Part shown: one piece after another, positions 1 through 13,900 of the stretch
Position numbering within the stretch: position 1 is the stretch's first letter
How the letters are laid out: every line of letters starts with the position of its first letter
DNA from: Tubiluchus corallicola
Lineage: Eukaryota > Animalia > Priapulida
Direction: 5' to 3'
Length of the DNA: 64,000 nt
Assembly (NCBI GenBank): GCA_030141605.1
Contig: JAQGDQ010000047.1
Coordinates: 682,001-746,000, forward strand
Program-made: the position numbers and the translations under genes
The notes under the pieces: model-generated
Seen by the model: the letters and a program-made list of their open reading frames with translations, nothing else
Database searches by the model: none
What the model was told of the DNA's origin: nothing

Positions 1-3000
1 ACTGCGAGCACTGCACCACTCTGTGCTTTATTTACTATACAGTATAATGAGCTTAGTGTTACTCATAACCCGAAAACAGAAACGAAAGATCTTTTTCTAA
101 TTGAAAGCCGTGGGCTGGTTGAAGTTGAACATGTACGCATGCTTAGCTTATGTTTCAAACCTTTTGAATGTGAATTTGTATAGGAAAAAATATAAATGAT
201 AATTATTCTAGATGTAGGGAATGCCTTTGTAAGCGCGCATGTAGGGTATTAGTAATTTCTAAAGCGCCTACTTAGTTTTTGTTAGAGTTATATAAGCAGG
301 CAGTAATAACTAATAACAGCTCCATATGGACTTATTCAGCAAGTGATTGTTCAAATATTAGGTATTTTTAAGCGGGATTTATATTGCAGTTTCTATGTAA
401 AAGGCTTGACAAATATGAAAGGTAACAGCTACGCCTGCCCTACACAAACTTGTTATTATTTTAAAAAGCCTAGATGAGTAAATGCAATTGCAAACTATTT
501 ATCGATTTCATTTTTTTATCAAGATCGACCCCAAATAAGATATGCGGCAACTCAGTGTGACAACAGCGGCTAAAAATTAAGAATAAAAATACAGAAAACC
601 ATAATTGTTATTACTGTTTTTAGTGAGAGAAAATACCTGTTGATATTCTTTATGCAAATGCGGTTGTAATTAGCAAAAAATAAGTTTCTGTTAAAGAATT
701 GCAGAGATGAGAAACAAAATGGAAAAATTATGTGATTGGGAATTAAAGTGAACTGAAAGTTAAGCATGCCTTTCAGTGATAAAATGATAATGTCTTCTTA
801 CTCTGAACTGCACTTTGATTAGTTTGATATTTCTCAGGTGCTGTCCTCGCAGATATTTTAACAAATATTAACCTGTTTCCTAGGGAAAAATAGCCTTACA
901 TCTAAGCGAAATGTGCACGCGTCTGTTCACATGATTCGGTGGGAGAGAATGAGGAGAAATCTAATGCTTCTACATCTGCTTCGAAGGAGTTGAATCTCCA
1001 CAGTTTATCCAATTATTATTGCAGATTATTTGCACGTAAATTAGAGCGCGAAACTTTTTTTCAATCGGCGCATTAGTTTTTGCGGAAGCCATGTAAATTA
1101 TTGTTCCAGATAGCTTTCGTGTATCTGAGTTTCTTGACTTCGAATAACGGGACTTCGAGATCGAATAAAATTTTTTGTTGAAATTTATGATATGAATTCA
1201 CGGAGATTTGACGTGAAAGCGTATAGTGTTATGTCACAGTGCTAAAATATTGTATGGGCATAAATATGAGATTTTCCTTTAATAAGTTTAGATATTTTAG
1301 TTTTGTGCTTTAGGTGCGCTGGTGCCGGGTTTTTGCCTAGTTGCATCCGGCATGCTGTTGGTTCAGGTCGCCTGGTTTGATTATTGAATGGTTACTAGTT
1401 GCTTGGTTGGGTGGAGGTGTTGACGGACGGAAGGTTAGTTAGGTTATGGTGGTAGAGTGGATGAATGGATGGAAAGTGTCATGGCTTATTGGACTGGAGA
1501 TGCATGGCGACATGTTTGTTCAACAAGCAAAATCACCCGTGCGCACTTACAGCGTTTTGGCTTTGGAAACCATTAAAATTGTGAATATCTGAATGTCTTT
1601 ATTTCCTTTTTGCGATTTAAACCAAGTTTCATTAATTCTTGATATCCTATCGCACAAAACACAATTTGGGTGTTTTTTCACTTTTTCACTTCCAAGGGCT
1701 AAAACGCATTAAACGATCGATCGTTTCCACCAATTATTTGTTAGTTTGTGGAAATTCTGGGAGTTCCCATTATTTTGCAGTGTGGAATAGACTAACCTTA
1801 CGCCGTTTAATGGAAACTGGGAACTGTCTGCATCTATGAGATTGACAAGTTACTTTACCTTATTTTTACTGAATTCCTATTTTCGAAAATCAATTAAACA
1901 ATAACCCAAACCAATAAGCCATTGCTCCGTTTGCCATGCATTTGTTATGTCAACTTGTCAAGTGCATAGCATCATAATCTGTTTCATAATAAGAAAGAAG
2001 TAGGTGAACTTTGTTTGGGACAATGGGACCAGCACTTGGTTTCGCATACATATAGGCGGTTCCTCTGTCACACAGTTTCTAATGAATGGAGCTACACTGT
2101 AAAACATCTAATTCGGAGGGCGTTTGGAATTTATATGGCCGTCAATAAAAGAATATTTCACTGTGAATTGGGCACTGGCTGTAGTTAGCTACCGGTAGAG
2201 CACAATGGTGATGTTGAAATCACCTCATTGATATTTTAGGAATGCCGACTGGGACATCAACTTTGGTGTCAGTTTCTTAATAGCCGTTTATAGCAGTGGC
2301 ATATGACTTGAACCGGTATTGGCCTCCTGTGTGACCTTTCACCTGCTAATATAGCTATTACCTTTCATTTCCACTTGTAATAACTGTAATACTTTATTTC
2401 GTTTGATGACCCCTTAATTTCTTCTGAACGTTATCGGAAATCATAGCATTGATGCTGCTATACTAATAATTAAAGGAGTCTGAAAAGTACCCCCTTTCCA
2501 AATTTATTTTTAGTACGTTTTCACATGTTTAAATTCCCGGAACTCACGTGTATTAATACCCAGTGCCTTGATTAACACCCACGTTGTCTGGTGTGTGGAA
2601 GAATGGTTTTCCGCTGAATTCAGAGTTCGCTTGCAATAGACGGCTAACGTTTTCTTTAGAGGTTCTGGAAATCTAAAGTGCTCATGCACGTAAACATCTT
2701 TATTCCTTTCTTATGGAGTTCACTGATTTAAATCCGGACAAAGAAACCTTTGAAAAGTATAGGTGTTACCAAATTAGATACTGCTTCCTTAAGACCTTAC
2801 ACGGCAGACCTGTGTTCACTCGTCGCCCACGGAGTCTTTAATTCAAACTCGTCTTGTTGACTCGGCACCAATTGTACGGTGTATCACCTGCTTTCTAGAT
2901 GACTCATAAGGTCAACCCCAATTTAGGGGCGAAATCTCCAAGCTCCATGCTAGATCAGCTGCTATAGACGCTTTCAATCTTTGAGCTGTATTATTTAAAT

Positions 3001-5732
3001 TTAATTGCTTAACTATTTAAAACTTGCCAAATATTTGCCAAGCCTAACTCTGTATCCTCACTGTGTGGTTTATGGATGCTGTTCCACATAGTGTATTTAT
3101 AAACCATATGTCATCTTTCTATTTTATTGTTGTAACAGGAGTTTCAGCTCAATTTGCCAGTTGTAAAATAAAAATTCCTGCCATCTCCATTTGGGCTCAG
3201 TCGCCGTTTCCTGAATGAAAGAGTGCATGGGAGGGTAATTACGTGCAGGACGTATACAGTATCTAGGTTTATAAGGATCTAAAACGTTTAGCTGTGTAAC
3301 TCTATAGCTCCTACCGCTTACACATTTTATTAGATCACAACTTCGTAAAATTTAAGCCGAAATAGGTCGTCGAGGTTCGTTTTCCGGATTTTCAACTCAT
3401 TCTCTATTATCCCCACCTGCTGTGTTGCCCACCACTTTAGAACTAGGCACATACGCTTTGTCCGAGATTTGAATGTTATTCAGAAAACCCGAATTGCATG
3501 CTTCACGTCTATAGAGGGTCCTTACAAAATGAACTAAGTCTGGAGCTTTACTTTTCGGGAACTTTTTGACCTAACACACAATTTCATGTCTTATTGAAGT
3601 ACCGTAGTTTATGCAATCATTTCAGAAGTGCCTCAGTTGGAGATTAGAAGATAGATCAAACGCTGTGTGCAAAAACTGTTATTCCCAATTGATCAGTGAA
3701 TTACATCAAACAGCTCCCAGGTTTTCGATGTTCAGCATTGCCCGTCTAATTACTCACGGGAGTAGTTTAATAGCGAGACTGGGCGTGTCAGGAGTTGGGC
3801 CATTTAACTACATGAGCTATGTAAAATTTGACTTTTTGCTTAATATGCAGCAGGTTGTGCTAGCATACCAATTTTTTATGACTTTATAATTTTGGCCTTG
3901 TTACGGTAGCCTCTTCAAAATGCTTGCGAGTGCATTTTTTGGACACACCTACCTCCATTTCAGTACTCCTTTTCAAAAACTATGAAGAGTTCATTTAAAT
4001 AACTTTGCATTCGTTATTATACTCATAAAGGAACATTCTAACTTTGAGCAAAATCTGAGATGGTGAGGTAGTCCCGAAGTGTAATGTTGGTTGCTTTCAC
4101 GTGGAATGACTCTATAATGCTATATAGTGGACTTTGACATAAAAAAGACAAAATAATTACAGTAACTGTTTCTCTTAGCTATTTACATCGTGCCAATTTC
4201 TTTTTGCGGCAAATGCATTTGCTCAGTGTAAAACCAGCTTTACTGTGTTTTTAATATCAGTATTTACTGTTTTATCTGACATGTAAACTTCCTTGTCACT
4301 CTGTCATTCTTGATGAATCTTCTTTAATCCGCGTAGAATGTCAACTATATTATCTCACAATGAGTAATTTTGGTCAAACAAGCATTTCGATTTCATATCT
4401 CTACACTGCACCTGCGAATAAGTACACCTTGACCAACTTCTGGAACTAGATCAGGCGCGTTGAGCAGAGTCCTCAGCAAGTCCACTGTCGACAAACATTG
4501 GTTGTTAATTGGGAGATAACAAACACGTAAGCCTCTGAGTTAATGCGTTTTTTTTATCTTAAATGAGTCGGCTAGTTTATGTATCATTCGTAATGGGCGC
4601 GCAATCAACGTTTGCATGTACAGTAATTGCATTTCAAAAAAGACATTATAATAATTATCCGTACATCTTCGTTAAAATGGGACATGTAGCAAGAAAAAAG
4701 CTATGGTGACATTGGCTATACGTGGTTAACTTGTCGTTATTAATAAGTACCTACAATGGTAGCAACAGGCGCACAATTAGATTTACCATTCCAGTTAGTC
4801 ACACGTAGCAATATATACAGCCATTATTGTACTAAATCAATCGGATAATTAGAAGTGTATTATGAATGATATACGCCTTGTTTTTCTTTCTTGCTGACTT
4901 AATGACCCTCTGTAATCAGTGCCTCTGATCGTCTGATGACTCATTGTGTCCATATGGCACAGTGTTTATGAAAAATGTAATAACATTTTACCCCTCTAAG
5001 TATTATATAACTCATGTATTATGCAACATTCAATTTTACGTTAATGTGTATGTTTCTACTAAATATTACGTAATTAAAATTTAAGCCAAGGATGCTATTA
5101 ATTTGTTAAATCTCTACTTAAGCCCCCTAGCACAAGCAATTATTTTATTGCCATTTGTGCAGTCTGTATTCCGCAAAAACGTTCTTGGTGAAGAAGAGGC
5201 TTACTTCACTGATAGAAATAGTTTCATAAATGAACTTTCAACATTAGTTCTTATTTTTGCATAAAGATTTGCCTGGAAGTTAAAAAAGATCTACATTAAT
5301 GTGTTTTAGCTCGTTAGTTTCTGCACTAAATCACTTCTTCATCAATTCGCCCTTCAAGGTCAGAGTCCCTGTGGCTAACAAACAGTTAACCTGAACAACT
5401 GAGCAAAGAAACATGTAAGTAGGTAACTTGTATGTAGAAGAAGCCGATGAGTAGAGTCGAGTGAACCAAAAATCGTGGGCTGATGTTACAAATGTAACTC
5501 ATGCATGTCCTTTTGCTCTTCGAAATTCCTTTATGAATGAGCTGTCATGCTTGCGGCTGTTGGGGCGACAGAGGAATTTAGAAGCCACTTCCCGCGTTGG
5601 ATTTATTGTTTGCTACTGTGTGTCGGTGCCACTTCGTATATCTTCTGAATATCTCTTTTCATCAGCTGCCATACCATTAATTACTTACATGATATCTGGA
5701 GATACTGGAAGTTCACAATGAAGGCGTTGTCG

Positions 5733-5900
5733 TGATTGAAAATATGAATGAACTTTTTCGATTGTTCCTCAAAAAATAACAATCTTGAGATTTTGAAGAA
5801 CGCTGCTGTTTTTTAATAACATTCGCTTTAGCTCGCATTAAATTGTCCTCACCTCAGTTACGTTCTCAGATTTTCAGTCAGGTTTGTAGCTAAGTTGTTT

Positions 5901-5937
<37 letters not shown>

Positions 5938-6216
5938 GTGTATATGTATATATATATATACATATAACTATGTGTATATATATATATATATACACACATA
6001 AAAGAACTTATATGTATATACATATATACATAAAATACACATATACATATAAAAGAACTTGACTGAACCTGACTGAAAATCTGAGAACGTAACAGAGGTG
6101 AGGACAATTTAATGCGAACTAAAGCGAATGTTACTAAAAACAGCTGCGTTCTTCAAAATCTTAAAATTGTCATTTTTTGAGGAACAATCGAAAAAGTTCA
6201 TTCATATTTTCAATCA
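5733..6216. repeat. Long inverted repeat (foldback) with ~170-bp arms around a TA/CA microsatellite loop
   Basis: Left arm tgattgaaaatatgaatgaactttttcgattgttcctcaaaaaa... is the near-perfect reverse complement of right arm ...ttttttgaggaacaatcgaaaaagttcattcatattttcaatca. The centre (~5904-6050) is (TA)n/(CA)n. No TSD is visible. Confidence 0.92.
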
Positions 6217-9200
6217 TATATATATAAAGTTTGATAACGTGTACAATCACATATAATTATTATATACCATTGATTCATAAACTTTGGAATATAATATTCA
6301 TGCTTATTTATGACATACTTGTACATACCATTATACCGTTTATATATACAGACGTTTTGTCAAATTTTGTATGTCTAAAAATAAGAGGCTCTCGCCATGA
6401 CTATAATGCGCCTGCGATCACGGAAGCAAAGGGGAGAGTTGGGTTTGTTTGTTGAATCCACAATGTATTTAGTGGCTAGTTAAGGTAATTACAAATGATT
6501 TTTGAGCCTTGTCAAAGGCTTACACATCTTAACATTGGGGCTGGTAGGCAATTGTGCATTTCATCTTTCTTAGTTTAACACCTAAGGTTCACAGTAAAAT
6601 GTTTAGTTGGTTAAGAAAGAGAATGAGAATTGAAGAGATCAATTGTTGGGTCATCGTTACATCAACAGTGAAGAAAACTTGGGCCACTCACACTGTGCGT
6701 TAATACCCTCCCTTTCATCTCTATTATTGTTTCTAGAAAGTGGAATTAAATAGACGTATTGTTACCACGTTGTGGGGTTAGTCTGAAGTGGCTTGTTTTC
6801 TATATTAGCCTATCTTGATTTCAGTGGAGAAGTGAAAGTTCAGGGAATCTTGGTGAAATAGAGCATTATGAAAAGGGTTTGCCATTGTGTCAGGCCTGTT
6901 CACTGGAACAGAATTAATGGAACGGATTTACTTTCTCATGCCAAGGTTCTCTAATCAGATGTTACGATTCGCTTTTACATTATTAGGTCCATCGCTAGGT
7001 TTGCTGTACAAAGAATCTGCGTGTTTGTCTACCAGGCCTTCGTGTCAATGCCAATACGACCAGAATCACCAGCTGCGTGTTGTGGCGCACCAACCTTTGT
7101 CACTGTTCATGATCAATACCACACACTCTTCCCACAAACGTGTAGGGATGCACATCACATGTTCATGTAGCTAGTTTTGAGAATAAACAACTATTGTTTA
7201 GTTTTAGAAGCCCATCGTTCATTCGATCCAGTCCGCGTTTCATCACAAATGCTGGTAACTTTATCTCATCCTCAGTTTGCAGAGCTGAAGAATATAAGTT
7301 TGGCTAATTATCATCATTACCACCCAGCTTATATTCTGAAAGGTCAAACGTTTTATTTTCTTATTCCTCGTTGGTACTGTTCTATCCACGTTGTGCATTT
7401 TTCCTGCTCTGACTTTTTAGGAACCCTTAGTAAACATAGGTTTGAAGGAAATTTAAGGTTATTCTGTTAAAAAGACCGTGTGCCCTGCAATCAAATGTAT
7501 ACAGCTTTGGCTAGTCGCTATACACAAACAAGTGTGTACTGTTATTTCATTAGATTTTATTATTAAAGATCAATTACATCCAATCTCATGCATTTGTAAT
7601 TTCACAGAGGTGCAATGAAATTTTCTCAAACATGCATTTTCATTTACAACAACGCTACCTTGTTTTTCCTGCCACAACTACAGACGTTGAACAGTCTGGA
7701 CATTCTTGGAATTCTTCAAAATAATGAATATAGTTATTGAAATAATTCTGACATTGCGTGCGTTGTTCTGCAGTAATTTCTTTGGTGTTATAAAGTATGT
7801 CACAAAGGCTATTCATCCGCTATAGTAAACAATTTCTGTTATGCAGTCAGGCAGTAATTATAAAAATCGATACAATCTTTTTTCAATTAAGTTCCGTTCA
7901 ATAAAAAGTAGTGTCGTGAGCAATGAACGTGAGGTGCATTTTACAGCTTTCTAGCTAGATATTGCAAATGCATTAAAAGCACTGACTTTCAAAAACGGAG
8001 TTTGATCGAAAATTACGGATTCGGCGTTGGGGGAGGGGGGAACTGTCAAAGATCTGGGACTTATTTATTATTTATTTATTTTAGTTTATTTTACATATTA
8101 TGATCATTAACAGTTTTCTTTGAGTAGGATCTAATATTGAGTGTATTAGTAACAATTATACATTAGCAAGTTTCGCAGAATTCACCGAGTATCGTAAATG
8201 ATTCGCAATTAAACTCTAGAAACACTACGTCGGTTTTCGGTTAGCCTAGTTTTGACAAGAGTGCGAAGGAGCAATGGCCGGTAGAATCCTGTATTGTCTT
8301 TCCTGACTTGTAAGATTTCAGATAAGAAAGTTTAGTTTAGAAAGTTTAATAAAGAGATGGTGTATCGTGGGATCTTCTCCCATACGCAGCGAGCTGTTAA
8401 TTTAATGAAAAAATAATACCCGTTTATTGAAAAGGGAAGATGAGATGAATGAAGAAGCGCTTCGATGAAGTGGGGCATATGTGTAGCGAGTGCTTCTGGT
8501 CGATGCGTGCATAAATGAATGGCTAATGTGATTTATTAATGCACGAACAATAACATCTGGGTAGGTTTGCAAATCTGAACAAAGAAACTCTTTCCCATTA
8601 TCAGTGGATTTAATGCTCAGAATTAATTGCTTTGACGAGCGTCTAAAAGTGACCACTGACCGACATGCACGATTGATTTTTGCAGATGAAGTACTGTATC
8701 ATTGTCTGAATTGCAATAACTGTAATAACCGAAGCTATCAGTTTGGCGTGTGGATAGCAACGGCTCCTTTGCAGTGATTAATAATAGTAACTACTGCAAT
8801 ATAATTGCTGCAAGTAATAAATGCGTATAACGGAGTGATACACTCTGATTTCTAGACCTTGTCCAGCTAGTTCTAGTTTCCAGCCGTCAATAACTTTCAC
8901 CGGATGTTACTTGTCTTGATTGATGACGGTTTTGCATCACTGCGTTATTAAGAGAGTGCAATCTTCATTATCATTATGTTGCAGCTCGTTACTTTGTCCA
9001 AACTCCAGTATTGTAGGGGTAAATTTTGCACGTGCCTTCATGTCACCTTGGCAAATTTATGAAATACCAGAAGTATATATGTCTTATGTCTTTTGATAAT
9101 TGGTAATCGAAATTAAAATTCAGAATTTTGATTTTGTAATTTAAAATGCTGTGTTTTTCTAAGAAAATACATATTTTAAGGATATAATGCTGACGTGTCT

Positions 9201-10890
9201 TAGTTACGTAATCCTTAATATTTAGCAAAGCGAAGAACTATTTTCTGTATTGCAGATTTTGATCGTCTTATGTTATTGACTTATTGTTATTAAAATAAAA
9301 TGTCATTGGTCATCAATTTTGAATAAATATAGTTATTTTGTTCATACGTAACTACAACGATTCACTAGCGCCCTTTCAGCTGTTTAATTGCTCAAATTAC
9401 ACGTATATGTAATATGATTTTAATCGATATCCCTATAATCATCAAATGGCGAAATCGTGACTCATCATTGTAAAGATAATCTTATGTACATTAAGTCTTT
9501 ATTATTTATTTATAAAGTTAATAGTGGCGCTATCCAACGCCCTTTACAGCTATTGCTATATAAGTCTGTGCATTATAAAGATAAGTAGGGTTTGCTAATA
9601 TTTATAATAACTGTAATAATATTAACGCAATTACCAAGTATTACTCACGAAATAATATAAGCATTAGCAATTTTCAATTTGAGTAACCTACATTACCGTA
9701 GTTAGTAAAATAGTAAATAGCTTGAAATATTTGACTTTTCATGTAGGTTTGAATTAATTCCTGCAAACACAGTTTTAAAATTTTGATTAACCTACTTTTT
9801 AATACGCGTTAAAGCAGAAAAATACAAATAAAATAGTATATGCGGGCCGGTTATTGTAGTTATCAGTGTACGGATATATAGGTAGTGTCGACTATAGGGA
9901 CAGAATGTATATTATAATATTTTTGCATTTTTGTAGCCTACATCCAGGTGAAAGGCTTCAATTATGCCGCTTTTGTGTGGTCTTCCCTATATAAACTTTT
10001 CAGTATATTCATATGTACATACATATGCAGATGGGGCATGTGCGCTGATTTGGGTCACAATGCCGAAATAGCTCATTAATCCCTTATAATCCAATCTGAA
10101 TCCTGATTAAAGCTGAATCAGATTCGCGATTATCCGCTCAAGTACTCTGCGTACGATTTTAGTAAGTATAGATGTTTAACTCCTTGACATATTATCAGAC
10201 GTCCGCTTGGCGCTTTAAATAATATTATATAATATTTAGAAATTACCTGCGTTGTTATTGTCCCTTTGCGTCTACGTTAGGGGCTCCTTATGCGACAAAC
10301 TGTTCAGATTATGTGCCTATTTTGCCAATTGCTGTGAACCTTATACCTTTAACGAAACTGAATGCCATATGAGACAAACTTGTGGCGTTTGTATAAAGAT
10401 TAAGAACTTTGATAAAGTTATTTGGGCTGTTATATTTAACAAAGTTCTCATGTTGGTGTCTCCGAGTCAACAAGAGGAGGTTTTTGCTAAGAAATGTGGC
10501 GGCAGCCATTGCTTCGGCGCTGCTCAAATTACTCAAGTCTATACATTGTTTAGCTTTTTCAGGAATGGTAGTCGCCCTGGTTCATAATTTATGTTAGACG
10601 TCGAGTACTACGCATGTGTAGTTTGACTACAATCTTCAAAGCAAGTTGTTTATTGTCTTTCACATGTTTTGTAAATATATATTTTTGGGAAGTGCCTCTG
10701 CTTAAATCTGAAGTACTTTGAAGGTCATATTAAAGTAAGGTGGTGTAGCCATATTGCAATTTTATAAATGAACTGAAGAGATTAAAAGAGATTTGTTGAG
10801 ATTAATAATAACAACACCAGTCAAAGTTTTTTGTTCTTTTGAAAGAAGCGCTTACAAGTGTCCGTAGACATACCCGCTAATTGCGCTTGC

Positions 10891-10920
10891 GCCAATCAGA
10901 CATCTGCTTAAGCCAATCAG
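10891..10920 (+). promoter_or_regulatory. Pair of CCAAT (NF-Y-type) boxes
   Basis: GCCAATCAG occurs at 10891-10899 and 10912-10920, 21 bp apart, in a CpG-containing stretch. No associated exon was identified. Confidence 0.35.
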
Positions 10921-13900
10921 CTCGAGATATTTTTAACGTGTTCCTAGTTGTTTAAACTAGACACCAAAGTTTAGTAAGATGTTTGTGGGCTCAAAACTGC
11001 ACTTTTCTGTTACGTGCTTACTTACAACGGGTGAATCCCATGAGCAGTATGGCAGATGAAACTTCCCCGAATGCGTATTGAACCCTGCAGTCACTGAGCA
11101 GGCTCGGCGTTGCTTAGCTCCGGTACTAAGTATTCGCTACTAAGTACTTAATCACTCAGCTGTTCACTCCTTCCCACACAGAACACTTGAATACTTATTG
11201 TCTTAATTTTAAAGTCTAACTTCAGTATTAAAATTTTGATATTTCTATGCTTTGAAATAATGAATTGAATAACATGCCTTTTATTTTGCGCAGTATTGAA
11301 CGAAAAATTACCCGTTAAAGCTTCTACTTACACTTCTGTAATATTTCGAGGCCTTTTTATAGTCTGAATAAATTTACATCCGTTGAGCTCACAAGCTGAT
11401 GCATTGTTCATGCGAAAAATTTAACTATATGTATAATCCGTATAAACTTTCAACAAATTCAGTGACATTTCTATCTAGATTAACAGGTGCCAGGTGAGAT
11501 GTGAATTTGTTTATCAAAAAGTCGACAAGGCTGCAGCCTAATGGAATCTAACCCATATTATAGAGACAGGGCCTTGTGCTAAAGATTTGATGCTCAGCCG
11601 AGATTAGAGACTGTAATTAGGTTATGGTAAATCGTGTACTCAACATTCCGCAAGTATGAGTCATGCAGGTGTTTCGCTGCGGTTTTGGAAACCGCACATT
11701 CAGCGTGCAGTTTACTACAGAACTACAATAATTAATAGAATGTAATGTCATTTCATTGGGTGCGCACAGTGAGAGATTCTCCAGTCTCAGCCTTGGTTGA
11801 TCTGAACCCAAACTGTTGCTATTGTTCTCACAAACAAGTGGCACTCCTTAGGCATTTAATGATTTTTATGGGTGCGAAATGGATTATACGCGAATACTCT
11901 TTGTTTCTCTCTCTTCTTTCTACTAGTATGAAATCATGTGATTTTTTAACTTGAAGCCTGTTTTGTAAGTTGTGCTGACTTGTGGCAATAACTAAGGGGT
12001 AGGTTTAGGAGCTACATTAAAAAAAGCTAAAATTCTTTCAGCTGTTTTTTCACGGTTTGTGTGAATGTAAACTTGCAAGATTAAAAAAGGCATAACTGTT
12101 ATTGATGTTGGTGTAATTTTTTTCGCAAAATGTATGTATGTAAAAATCTAGTACATAAACGCACTTCTTACACGTGTTACATAGTGCATCATCGTGCATG
12201 GCGCCAACAAACGCAATGCAAATTCAAGTGTAGCGCGAATTTGCTCTGGAATGCGTGCATAACTGAATATACACTGGCCATCGTTTTGTGAATTTGTTTT
12301 GCTTTCTTCGCTACAAAATACAAAGTGTTCACATTACATGTATACGAGCAATGCAGGTCAGAGGTGTGTACGCTGTGTTTGGCGATTTGACAAAAGAATG
12401 TTGAGAGTTGCATGAAAATTTAAGCTAACTTGACTTATTTACGTGGTTTTTCATCGTAACCTGCGACCTTCGAAACTGTTTCTGTTGTGACCATCGATCT
12501 TTCTTAAAAGAGAACTTTCGCGCAAATATTTAGGTCAGGGCCTGTAGCTACGTCACCATGCTGCCGGACACTATATGACCGGACAAGCGGACACTACTAA
12601 GTTTGCCGGAAATCAAACATTTGACGATAAATAGTTACATTCCTTTAAAAATAGAAGTATTTATGTTGATCGTTTTTTTTCGTTCTGGTCATAATTGTTA
12701 TTTTAATTCTTACCTCGACTAGTGACTGAAAGACTAAAGAAGAAAAAGACAAGGAGGACGTGGCAAATTTTCAAATATTACCGGTTTCTAGCCGTAGGAA
12801 AAATTCAACAACGTTTGTAGGGAAACAATTGTAATTTTGTGGTTAATAGCATAAAGCTCTTCCTCTCACGGTTTTGTAATAGTTTTAGAAGCATAATGAA
12901 ATTTTTGCTCAATTGCGCTAGAAAAGATCACTCACAACTTTACTAAAAAGTTCCGATTGAGACTTGAGGCGTAAAAATCTCTATCCTGCTCTACACAGGA
13001 GTTAAGCAGAGCATTACGTTGTAACTATCTATTTTCTCTCAAGTTTAGAGGAAAAGTTACCGCCAAATATTGCGGTTGGGTGGTTTTTTTAATGGGCCTA
13101 TTAACAGTCATACTAGTATGAGTATAGATTTTTGTTACATTATGGGCTGTCTTTGTCGGAAACTTAAGTAATAAGCAAAATTTTTCTCAATATCCAAAAA
13201 AAGAATAAAGGTGTGTTTGATAAGTACATGATTCTAAGGGATCCGGACTAAATAACTAATATTATCGTCACTATTGTCATAAGCATTCTTGAGAATTCTC
13301 TGATAATGTTTCGTTAGAGAACTGCGTATTTATGAATGAATTTATTTAATCCCTTTCACATCCAAACACAACACGCCTAACACATGCAGTATGCGAGGTT
13401 ACCAGATATAGAAATGATCTAATGAAAAGAAGAACGATTTAAAGTGAAGACACACATGTTGTAAACTAAGTGTGGCATCTTCAGCCTTGCCCCTCCGTGT
13501 GCCCCATAAATGTTTGTCTCCGTCTCCCATTCATGCTTTCCAAATCTGTTTTACGTTTGTGTGTTTCTTTCCTTAGCACTCATTTGATGAGGTTGACATT
13601 TTCGATGAATAGGCCAAGGATGGAGCGAATTATAACAGCACATGTTAAAAACATAGGAATTAAGTATTGTGTTTACGGGTAGTTAGTCATATATGGCATC
13701 TCAATGTTTGTCGATTACTGCCACTAATAAGCTACCTAGGAAACAGGGTTTTTCTCAACTCTCGTGAACTAGTTGTATCAGTTTTACTCATTCAGATTTC
13801 TTGATTAGCGTTCATTAGCATAATAGTATCATCAGTAGCGTGATCTTCAATTGTTATCTTTTCTAATTAGTTGTCTCCATCATCAACAACCGCTTATTTT

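Noticed and set aside
1-26. Possible tRNA-SINE head on the minus strand (gcacagagtggtgcagtg...)
   Set aside because: Too short and cut by the window edge; no B box visible.
6540-7180. GC-richer stretch with 95-aa ORF
   Set aside because: No recognisable domain or splice-consistent frame; at most an old TE relic.
10252-10597. Three overlapping ORFs of 62-111 aa
   Set aside because: No motif or usable splice sites; consistent with chance.
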